Assembly: GCA_001766815.1 (NCBI GenBank)
Contig: LYOS01000002.1
Span: 294,577 to 326,576, forward strand
DNA: 32,000 bases
Reading direction: 5' to 3'
DNA from: Candidatus Syntropharchaeum caldarium
GTDB taxonomy: Archaea > Halobacteriota > Syntropharchaeia > Syntropharchaeales > Syntropharchaeaceae
Part shown: piece after piece, positions 1-7,790 of the stretch
Numbering within the stretch: position 1 is the stretch's first letter
Layout of the letters: every line of letters starts with the position of its first letter
The notes under the pieces: model-generated
The model's database searches: none
The model's input: the letters and a program-made list of their open reading frames with translations, nothing else
Told to the model about the DNA's origin: nothing
Program-made: the position numbers and the translations under genes

Positions 1-1
1 T

Positions 2-1201
2 ATTATGAAGTTTGTCAGGGCAAAGAAGCAAAAGGATGCATTTCAGAACTTCAACATCTCTGTGGCAGTTACAGATAGTTTCATGCATGCTGCGTCTTCT
101 GGTGAATCGTATCAGCTCATAAACCCGCGTACAGGTGAAGCAGCAGGAGAGATGGATGCAGGTGATCTCTTCGACCTGATCGTCAGTATGGCATGGGAGG
201 GTGGCGAGCCAGGGATTTTATTTATCGATGAGATCAACCGAAATAACCCAACTCCCCAGCTTGGTATGATTGAGGCGACAAATCCATGTGCAGAACAGCC
301 CCTCCTCCCCTATGAGTCCTGTAATCTCGGCTCAATAAATCTTGCAAGGATGATGACGAATGATGGCGAGATAGACTGGGATCGGCTTGCTTCAACCGTT
401 AGAACGGCTGTACACTTTCTTGATAATGTCATCGACGTGAACAGATACCCGTTACCCCAGATTGAAGCGATCACAAGAGCAAATCGAAAGATAGGGCTTG
501 GTGTGATGGGGTTTGCTGAGCTTTTATTCAGGCTGAGAATCCCTTACAATTCCGAAGAGGGAGTTGAAGTGGCAGAGCGTGTGATGAGCTTCATCTCCAG
601 AGAGGCAAGGAAAAAGTCTCAGAATATCGCAGAGAGTAGGGGATCATTTAAAAACTTTGAAGGGAGTCTATGGGATCTAAAAGGCTATACAGCGATGCGA
701 AATGCCACACTCACAACGATCGCGCCTACAGGATCAATCAGCATAATCGCAGGGACAACAAGCGGGATAGAACCCTTATTTGCAATTTCGTTTGTGCACA
801 ACGTGATAGATGGAACGCGCTTGGTCGAGATAAACAGCGTCTTTGAAGAGGTTGCACGAAGACGCGGGTTCTACAGCCATGAACTGATGCAAAAAATTCT
901 AAGAACAGGCTCAATAAGCGAGATTGCAGAGATTCCAGATGATGTAAAGGATGTATTCCAGATTGCAATGGATATATCTCCAGACTGGCATGTTAAGATG
1001 CAGGCGGCATTCCAGCGGTATGTGGATAACGGCGTCTCAAAGACCGTGAACCTTCCGCCTGATGCTACGATAGAGAGTGTGCGCGAGGTCTTTCTGCTTG
1101 CTTTCAGACTTAAATGCAAGGGCATCACGGTTTACAGGTACAAAAGCAGGGGTGAAGGTGTTCTGACGCCTGGATGTTCAGGTGTCATATGCAACGAGTA
1201 G
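2..1201 (+). CDS. nrdJ: Class II (adenosylcobalamin-dependent) ribonucleotide reductase, C-terminal ~400 aa; 5' end lies outside the window
   Basis: The frame is open from the window edge. It carries the motif TNPCAEQPLLPYESCNLGSINL typical of B12-dependent RNR active-site and thiyl-radical regions. A C-terminal Cys pair (PGCSGVICNE) is also present. Confidence 0.85.
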   Translation: MMKFVRAKKQKDAFQNFNISVAVTDSFMHAASSGESYQLINPRTGEAAGEMDAGDLFDLIVSMAWEGGEPGILFIDEINRNNPTPQLGMIEATNPCAEQPLLPYESCNLGSINLARMMTNDGEIDWDRLASTVRTAVHFLDNVIDVNRYPLPQIEAITRANRKIGLGVMGFAELLFRLRIPYNSEEGVEVAERVMSFISREARKKSQNIAESRGSFKNFEGSLWDLKGYTAMRNATLTTIAPTGSISIIAGTTSGIEPLFAISFVHNVIDGTRLVEINSVFEEVARRRGFYSHELMQKILRTGSISEIAEIPDDVKDVFQIAMDISPDWHVKMQAAFQRYVDNGVSKTVNLPPDATIESVREVFLLAFRLKCKGITVYRYKSRGEGVLTPGCSGVICNE

Positions 1202-1255
1202 AGCTCTGATCAGGCACGTTATCTTTATGAGGAGGAAGGTTTTATGCAGAGATAG

Positions 1256-1774
1256 ATGGGAGAGATACTTTACACCCTGCCTGAAGAGCTTAGATCGGTG
1301 CTTAAAAAACCGTTTGGAAAGCTGTATCGTGGAAAAGGAATTGAATGTATCGAGATGGTAGCGGATGACCTTGATCTTCTCACATCACGTCTCATCGCTG
1401 TTGGGGATGTTGTCACCCACTATCTGCTATGCTTCGGGGTGATCCCACATCTTGTGATCGTTGATGAGCGAACAAAACGAGGTGAGATTCCAGAGGAGAT
1501 CAGGGTAGACAGGGGTGATTTCAGGAAGGTTGAGGTTGAAAACCCTGCTGGAGTCATAACGGTAGAACTCGATCGGGCGATAAAGAATGCGATGAGTTCT
1601 GATCATCCTGTGCAAATATGGGTTAACGGAGAGGAAGATCTCGCGGTGCTTCCTGTTATAAAATATGCACCCCTCGCTTCGATCGTCATCTATGGACAAC
1701 CAGATGAGGGCGTGGTTGCGGTTGTTGTGAATAATAAGATCAAAAGAGAGGTGGAAAAGATATATGGGGTCTGA
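1256..1774 (+). CDS. GTP-dependent dephospho-CoA kinase (DUF359 family, archaeal CoA biosynthesis)
   Basis: 172 aa. The N-terminus LPEELRSVLKKPFGKL, VGDVV, IVDERTKRG and ENPAGVIT match my recollection of the DUF359/TK1697-type family. The gene overlaps fen by 11 nt. Confidence 0.7.
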   Translation: MGEILYTLPEELRSVLKKPFGKLYRGKGIECIEMVADDLDLLTSRLIAVGDVVTHYLLCFGVIPHLVIVDERTKRGEIPEEIRVDRGDFRKVEVENPAGVITVELDRAIKNAMSSDHPVQIWVNGEEDLAVLPVIKYAPLASIVIYGQPDEGVVAVVVNNKIKREVEKIYGV

Positions 1775-2777
1775 TATCGGGGAATTATTTGAGAAGATAG
1801 AGGTCACATTTGATGAACTCAAGGGTATGCGGGCTGCAATTGATGGGCACAATATCATTTACCAGTTTTTATCCAGTATAAGACAACCAGATGGAACACC
1901 ACTGATGGATCGAAACGGAAATATCACGTCACATCTCACAGGCATCATTTACCGATTTACAAACCTGATAGAGGTTGGAATCAGGCCAATATTTGTATTT
2001 GATGGGAAACCGCCCGACCTCAAAGCAAAAACGATTGAGAAAAGGAGGGAGGTGAGAAACAACGCAGAACTGAAGTGGGATGAGGCAAAAGAGCGGGGTG
2101 ATCTGGAGGATGCGATGAAGTATGCAAAAGCCTCGACAAGAATCACACCAGAGATAATTCAGGATGCAAAGGAGTTACTCGGGATGATGGGAATACCATG
2201 GATAGATGCACCTTCAGAGGGTGAAGCTCAGGCGGTTTATCTTCTGAAAAATGGTGATTGTGACTTTGTGGGATCACAGGACTTTGATTCTCTACTCTTT
2301 GGCGCAGATCGGCTTGTAAGAAACCTTGCTACAACAGGAAAGCGGAAAATACCCGGGAAGAAGTTATATGTGGACATATCCCCGGAGGAGATATGGCTCG
2401 AAGAGAACCTCAAACGACTTGGGATAACACAGCAACAGCTCATCGATATCGGAATACTCGTTGGAACAGACTTCAACGAAGGTGTTAAGGGCGTTGGGCC
2501 AAAGACGGCATTGAAGTTGATAAAGCAGGAAGGCACAATCGAGAAGGTGCTCGATCTGCTTAACGTCGAGATAGGGGAGCTTGATAAGGTTAAAGCAATC
2601 TTCACATCACCTGAGGTGAGGACAGACTACGAGATCTCTGAATCGATAGTCGATGAAGAGGGGCTGTTTAACTTCTTATGTGTCCAGCATGACTTCTCCA
2701 GAGATCGGATAGAAAAAGCAATTTCAAGGCTTAAAAACGCAAACAAAGGACAGATGAGGCTTGATAAATGGTTCTGA
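1764..2777 (+). CDS. fen: Flap endonuclease 1 (FEN1)
   Basis: 337 aa. The N-terminus MGSDIGELF...AIDGHNIIYQFL, the FVFDGKPP motif, the GEAQAVYL I-domain and the H3TH region GVKGVGPKTALKL are all present. Confidence 0.93.
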   Translation: MGSDIGELFEKIEVTFDELKGMRAAIDGHNIIYQFLSSIRQPDGTPLMDRNGNITSHLTGIIYRFTNLIEVGIRPIFVFDGKPPDLKAKTIEKRREVRNNAELKWDEAKERGDLEDAMKYAKASTRITPEIIQDAKELLGMMGIPWIDAPSEGEAQAVYLLKNGDCDFVGSQDFDSLLFGADRLVRNLATTGKRKIPGKKLYVDISPEEIWLEENLKRLGITQQQLIDIGILVGTDFNEGVKGVGPKTALKLIKQEGTIEKVLDLLNVEIGELDKVKAIFTSPEVRTDYEISESIVDEEGLFNFLCVQHDFSRDRIEKAISRLKNANKGQMRLDKWF

Positions 2778-3409
2778 TGATTCCACTTCTACTTGACATC
2801 TCGAATCGAAAAGTTGTGATATTCGGTGGTGGAAGGGTAGGTGAACGTAAGGCAAGACTATTTGCAGAGTATAGTGATGTTGAAGTTATAAGCAGGGATT
2901 TTACGCCGAATCTACGGTCCATGGGAGAGAAGGGCAAGATCAGATTGAGAGAGATCACGCTCCCTGATGAATCTTCTGAGATTGAAGCACTCATCAAGGA
3001 TGCATTCATCGTGATACCTGCAACCGATGACGATGAAATAAATTCAAGGATTATCGAGGTTGCAAAACGATCAGAGGTGCTTGTTAATAGCACAGGCGAG
3101 GTTACAGCCGATATTATTGTTCCATCGGTGATAAGAAGAGGTGATATCACGATTGCAATCGCAACAGGAGGGAGGAGTCCTGCGATGAGTAAATTCCTCA
3201 GAAAGCGGATCGAGCGAGAGATCACCGAATCAGATTCGCGGATGTCAAAGCTCCAGCAGCGGCTTCGAGCGATCCTGAAAACACGGGTTGAAAACCAGCG
3301 GGAACGGGAGAGGATACTCTGGGAAGTCCTGGAAGATCAGCAAATCTGGAGTCTGCTCCCTGAAAACGAGGATCAGGCACTTGAGCTTGCCCTTAAAAAG
3401 ATTGAGTGA
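2768..3409 (+). CDS. sirC: Precorrin-2 dehydrogenase / sirohydrochlorin ferrochelatase (SirC / CysG N-terminal-like)
   Basis: 213 aa. It has the Rossmann motif VVIFGGGRVGERKARL and the GGRSPAMSKFLRKRIE motif typical of siroheme synthase N-domain proteins. The start is 2768 or 2777, both in frame; it overlaps the fen stop. Confidence 0.8.
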   Translation: MVLMIPLLLDISNRKVVIFGGGRVGERKARLFAEYSDVEVISRDFTPNLRSMGEKGKIRLREITLPDESSEIEALIKDAFIVIPATDDDEINSRIIEVAKRSEVLVNSTGEVTADIIVPSVIRRGDITIAIATGGRSPAMSKFLRKRIEREITESDSRMSKLQQRLRAILKTRVENQRERERILWEVLEDQQIWSLLPENEDQALELALKKIE

Positions 3410-3425
3410 GAGATTGGTGTGATGC

Positions 3426-4613
3426 ATGAAAGAGCAAGATCGGAGGTTATTTTTCGTTGTAATTCGCTTTTCAATCGCGATTTTTTTGTTCTGCCTCGCC
3501 CAGGGGGCTGTGTCTGCTGTTTATCCATCGTATCTCGAATCGTTCGTTGAGAAGGCATATCTTATTGGTTTTCTCGCATCACTCATCTATCTGATACAGC
3601 TTCCGGTGAGTATACCTGTTGGAGCATTTTCTGATCTTGTTGGAAGAAAAAAACTCTTGCTCACAGGTTTATCAGTTTTTACAGGTGTTGAACTTCTCTA
3701 TTACCTCAACGAGTATCTTGCTGCCCTTATCATCTTGCAGCTTGCAGTTGGGATCCTCATGATAACAGTTTTTGTTACATCGGAAGCATTCATAAGAGAT
3801 ATATCACCTATTTCAAGAAGGGGGGCGATCAGATCATTTTTTGGGACCTGGATAACAGCAGGCTATCTTTTTGGACCGATAATCGGTGGCTGGATTGGGG
3901 ATAATTACTCGATAAGGATGCCATTTTTAATATCTGCGATTCTCATGCTCCTGTCACTTATACTGTTATCAGGGGTGAAAGATGAACACAGATCTCAGGT
4001 TGCTGTGCGTGATAAACCGATCAAAGAGAAGATCTCATTCTTCAAACCGTTAAAACGTTTTCTCTCACTTGGGGGTGGAGTTCGTTACCTTTTCATAAAT
4101 GCGATCATCCTCTACTTCTGGTATGTAACAAAGTGGATCTATGCTCCGCTCTTCCTCCTCTATCTTGGATATGATCTCGGAATTGTTGGTATCTGGCTTG
4201 GTGTCTCACTGATACCACTGATCCTCTTCCAGATACCCGCGGGGATACTTGGCGATCGTATCGGGAAAGAACGCATGATAACGATAGGTGTTCTCATCTC
4301 TGCAATCTCTATCGCACCGCTCGGGTTTATATCAGATCTGGATGGACTTATTCTGATCATTCTCATCATATCAACTGGATCTGCATTTATCGAACCGCTA
4401 ATTAATGCAAAAATCACAGATCTAATCCCGAAAGAGAACTACGGTGAATGTTCAGGCGTATTCGAGGCTGCAAAGATCACGGGGTGTATCAGTGGCCCGA
4501 TTGTAACAGGTATTATCGTTGATCTTGCAGGGTTTGAGTATGCTTTCATCCCTTCAGCGATTCTATTTTTGTTTCTCCTGATCTATGATGTGACAGGGCA
4601 TGGAAAAAACTGA
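3426..4613 (+). CDS. MFS-type transporter (about 12 TM helices)
   Basis: 395 aa, hydrophobic throughout. It carries the MFS loop 2-3 motif GAFSDLVGRKKLLL and the second-half equivalent GILGDRIGKERM. Confidence 0.8.
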   Translation: MKEQDRRLFFVVIRFSIAIFLFCLAQGAVSAVYPSYLESFVEKAYLIGFLASLIYLIQLPVSIPVGAFSDLVGRKKLLLTGLSVFTGVELLYYLNEYLAALIILQLAVGILMITVFVTSEAFIRDISPISRRGAIRSFFGTWITAGYLFGPIIGGWIGDNYSIRMPFLISAILMLLSLILLSGVKDEHRSQVAVRDKPIKEKISFFKPLKRFLSLGGGVRYLFINAIILYFWYVTKWIYAPLFLLYLGYDLGIVGIWLGVSLIPLILFQIPAGILGDRIGKERMITIGVLISAISIAPLGFISDLDGLILIILIISTGSAFIEPLINAKITDLIPKENYGECSGVFEAAKITGCISGPIVTGIIVDLAGFEYAFIPSAILFLFLLIYDVTGHGKN

Positions 4614-4630
4614 AAAATTTTGGGATGATC

Positions 4631-5827
4631 TCACTCAGGTTCAATGCCCCAGAGTTTTATGAGCCGTTCCTCCCCACTCCTTGTACCACGCACAATCAGC
4701 GCCTCCCCGCCTTTCAGCCTGAGATCAGGGTCCGGGTCGTAGATCCAGCGATCGTTTCCCCGCCTCACAGCCATCACATACATACCGGTCTCATCCTCAA
4801 CAGTGGCGATATCAAGTGGCTTACCGTCAGAATTCAGTACCCCGCTCCTCAGATCCACCTTTGATACAACTTCATCGGATTCTCTTATCGCAAGCATGAA
4901 GACAGGGTGGAGCTCGATCTCTCTTAAAACAATATCCGCGATCTCATAGGCCGCATCCGATATGATCTCCGTTGAAATTCCGATTGGAATGATACCCTGT
5001 ATCTCTGATATATCCTCAACCTCCTTTGCGGCCTCAAGCACCGTCGTCTCAAGGCACAGAAGCATCTCATCCATCTTCTCTTCAAGGATCTTAACCTCTG
5101 ATGCAAGCATGTTGCTGTAGAAGAGCACTGCAGAATATGCAAGCCCAACAATAAGTTCAGACAGGTCTTTCATCTCTATGATAAGGCTTATAGCAGCGTT
5201 GAGCTTTTTTGAGGTTGATATGACCTTCTCTTCACGTACACCTGGCTTGCACCCTGCAAGTTCCCGAATATCCTGTATACCCTCAGGAGGTCCTCTTGCA
5301 AGGAGAATATCTCCTTCAAAGATCACTGTATCTCTTTCAGGGGCATATATCCACTTGTGCCCTCTTTTAATAGCTATAACGCGCATACCTGTCTCGGTTT
5401 CGAGCTGAAGATCACCGAGTGTCCTTGAGTCAAGCTTTGAACCCTCATAAACTTTTACAGAAGTTATTGTCTCATCTGCACTTTGAATATCATGTTTGAG
5501 CCTATTTGAAGTCCTGGAATCAACTAAAACAAGTTTTGCAATATCAGCTGCTGCATTTGAGATCTTTTCTGCGGCTGATGCGATTTGGAGCACACCTGAT
5601 AATTTATTTGCATCATCAACGCTTCTTGCACCAAGCATTATTGATATTCGTGCCCGATACAGGAGATCGTCCATCTCTTCTTCAAGTTTCATCACTTCGT
5701 CAGCGATCTCTGCATCGCCAAAGATTACAGCAGAATACGCAAGGTCAAGCATCAGCTCTGAGATGTCCTTCATCTCAACAAGAACTTCCTTGGCGTTGGT
5801 CGGCCTGTCACCGCTATCGTCTTTCAT
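4631..5827 (-). CDS. Uncharacterized regulator with two tandem [PhoU-like helical domain + TrkA_C (RCK_C)] units
   Basis: 398 aa. An internal duplication is visible: MKDISELMLDLAYSAV... followed by a TrkA_C-like block (ETGMRVIAIKRG...GDILLARG), then MKDLSELIVGLAYSAV... followed by ETGMYVMAVRRG...GEALIVRG. Confidence 0.75.
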   Translation of the reverse strand: MKDDSGDRPTNAKEVLVEMKDISELMLDLAYSAVIFGDAEIADEVMKLEEEMDDLLYRARISIMLGARSVDDANKLSGVLQIASAAEKISNAAADIAKLVLVDSRTSNRLKHDIQSADETITSVKVYEGSKLDSRTLGDLQLETETGMRVIAIKRGHKWIYAPERDTVIFEGDILLARGPPEGIQDIRELAGCKPGVREEKVISTSKKLNAAISLIIEMKDLSELIVGLAYSAVLFYSNMLASEVKILEEKMDEMLLCLETTVLEAAKEVEDISEIQGIIPIGISTEIISDAAYEIADIVLREIELHPVFMLAIRESDEVVSKVDLRSGVLNSDGKPLDIATVEDETGMYVMAVRRGNDRWIYDPDPDLRLKGGEALIVRGTRSGEERLIKLWGIEPE

Positions 5828-5925
5828 AAGTTCCAGTAAAACATTATTTTGTCTGTTAGTAGATATACTTTGTGATCATTCGATAAGCACCATATCCACT
5901 GCCCATAAAGATTGTGCTTCATGAG

Positions 5926-7137
5926 TTATGTATTCTGATCCAGGATCTCAAGACATTCATCAAATGTCATGGTCTGCTGTTCACCCTTTGCAAGATTCTT
6001 AAGCGTGACCTTTCCTGCTGCCACCTCTTTTGAACCAAGAATGATTGCATAGTCTGCATTCCATTTATCCGCAAAATTTAGCTGTGATTTGAGGTTGCGC
6101 CCCATTATATCAAGATATGTCTTATAACGCGTTCTCAGAATCTTTGAGATCCTCACTCCTTCTTCCCTCACATCATCGGTTGGTACAACAGCAATTCTAA
6201 GCTTTTTCTCAACTTCAGGCTCAAATATCTCCATTATCCTGTCAAATCCGATCGCAAAACCGGTCGAAGGAATATCAGGACCTCCAAATAGTGGTATCAA
6301 CCGATACGACCCTCCTCCACAGACCTGATTCTCTGCACCAAGCCCTTCAGCATAGATCTCAAAGACGATCCCTGTGTAATACTCAAGACCCCTTGCAACA
6401 CCAGGATTAAGCTGATACTCCACACCATAGCAATCGAGCAGAAGAAGAACTTTTCTCAGGTGGTCAAGCTCAGGGGTTTCTCCAATTATCTCACTGATCT
6501 CATCACATGATCGTGAAGATATCAGATCAAAGAGTTTGTCTGCGAGATCAGGATCAAGGGCTTCTTTCAGACCTTCTTCATCATTTTTATCCATCAATCG
6601 CATGATGGCAGCCTGTTCATCAGCTGTCAAACTTTCAAGCACGCTCCGTACAAGCTCAAGATTTCCGATATGAAGTGCAGTCCTCACTCCAGTCTCATTC
6701 ATGATCGCCGAAGCAAGCGCGATAACCTCTGCCTCAGCCTCTGGTGTCTCTGTTCCGATTATCTCGCATCCAAACTGCCAGAACTCCCTGAACCTGCCGC
6801 GCTGCGGTCTTTCATATCTGAAACAGTTTCCGAAGTAGTAGAACTTGAGTGGTATTGGTGCATTTTTCAGTTCATTTATGTACATCCTGACAACAGGGGC
6901 TGTGAGCTCGGGCCTGAGTGCCAGGTCCCTCCCACCCCTGTCTTTGAATGCATAGAGTTCTTCACTGATCGCTTCACCTGATTTCAGCGTGAAAAGCTCA
7001 AGATGCTCGAAAGTCGGTGTCGCGATCTCGTCATATCCCCATCGCTCAAATACCGATCGCATCCGTCCCTCAAGATCTCGTCGCCGCGCCATTGTATCAG
7101 GCAGGAAATCTCGTGTGCCTCTGGGTCTTGAGATCAT
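5926..7137 (-). CDS. hisS: Histidyl-tRNA synthetase
   Basis: 403 aa. It has the class II aaRS motifs: RGTRDFLP at the N-terminus, FRYERPQRGRFREFWQ, GGGSYRL (HisA-like motif) and GFAIGFDR. Confidence 0.93.
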   Translation of the reverse strand: MISRPRGTRDFLPDTMARRRDLEGRMRSVFERWGYDEIATPTFEHLELFTLKSGEAISEELYAFKDRGGRDLALRPELTAPVVRMYINELKNAPIPLKFYYFGNCFRYERPQRGRFREFWQFGCEIIGTETPEAEAEVIALASAIMNETGVRTALHIGNLELVRSVLESLTADEQAAIMRLMDKNDEEGLKEALDPDLADKLFDLISSRSCDEISEIIGETPELDHLRKVLLLLDCYGVEYQLNPGVARGLEYYTGIVFEIYAEGLGAENQVCGGGSYRLIPLFGGPDIPSTGFAIGFDRIMEIFEPEVEKKLRIAVVPTDDVREEGVRISKILRTRYKTYLDIMGRNLKSQLNFADKWNADYAIILGSKEVAAGKVTLKNLAKGEQQTMTFDECLEILDQNT

Positions 7138-7221
7138 TGTTTGGTAAGAGATTGGAAGATGGATAAAAAGTTATTTATCGATCACCTCAATGCTTTTTAG
7201 AAACAGTTCATTACATATCCT

Positions 7222-7758
7222 TTGGTGGCAGCCGTGGCGAAACGAAATAATTTCCCGATATTTTTGGCTTTAACATGCACATACGCGCTATTCATCTTCT
7301 TCCTGTCTTCTCTATCCTCGCCACCAACCCCATCAAATGTGGGTTTCTTCATCGAGCTTGTGAAGGAAGTTATGAACTTGCTTGAAGGTCTCGGGCTTGA
7401 GTTTCTCCTCTATCCTTTTTATGCTGTATATCTGTATCCAGACAAGTTCATGCATGCTCTTCTATACATGGGCTTTGGTCTTCTATTGAATATGACCTTT
7501 CGGAATGCGAAGAATGCGGATTTGAGCAGGTACCCTGCTTTTGCTGCAGTTATAATCGGTACATTTTATGCTCTCACGGATGAGTTTCATCAGTCTTTTG
7601 TACCGTATCGCAACCCGAGCCTGACGGATCTTCTTGCAGATTTTACTGGTTTGGTACTTGCTCAACTTCTCATTCTCGTTTATCCTGGCATCCTGAAGCT
7701 GTTAAGCAAGAAAGGCAGGAAGAGGAGAAACAGTATAACCACCAGAAGGTATAAATAA
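7222..7758 (+). CDS. VanZ-like integral membrane protein
   Basis: 178 aa with about 4 TM segments. DKFMHALLYMGFGLLL and TDEFHQSFVPYRNPSLTDLLADFTGLVLA match the VanZ-like family signature. The ORF-track start is a TTG, so the exact start is uncertain. Confidence 0.65.
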   Translation: MVAAVAKRNNFPIFLALTCTYALFIFFLSSLSSPPTPSNVGFFIELVKEVMNLLEGLGLEFLLYPFYAVYLYPDKFMHALLYMGFGLLLNMTFRNAKNADLSRYPAFAAVIIGTFYALTDEFHQSFVPYRNPSLTDLLADFTGLVLAQLLILVYPGILKLLSKKGRKRRNSITTRRYK

Positions 7759-7790
7759 GTTTTGTGATATATTTTGCACGAGGGGTATTC

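Noticed and set aside
1244-1258. In-frame TAG before the DPCK start as a pyrrolysine codon
   Set aside because: Read-through would add only MQR-Pyl to the N-terminus. Homolog N-termini, as I recall them, match the start at 1256. No other gene model in the window needs TAG or TGA recoding.
2731-3225. 164-aa minus-strand ORF
   Set aside because: It is antisense to the sirC-like gene, whose Rossmann motif is clear, and it has no independent support.
5496-5924. Ser-rich 142-aa and 107-aa plus-strand ORFs
   Set aside because: They are antisense to the PhoU/TrkA_C gene. Their low-complexity Ser/Ile composition is typical of the reverse frame of a Glu/Asp/Ile-rich gene.
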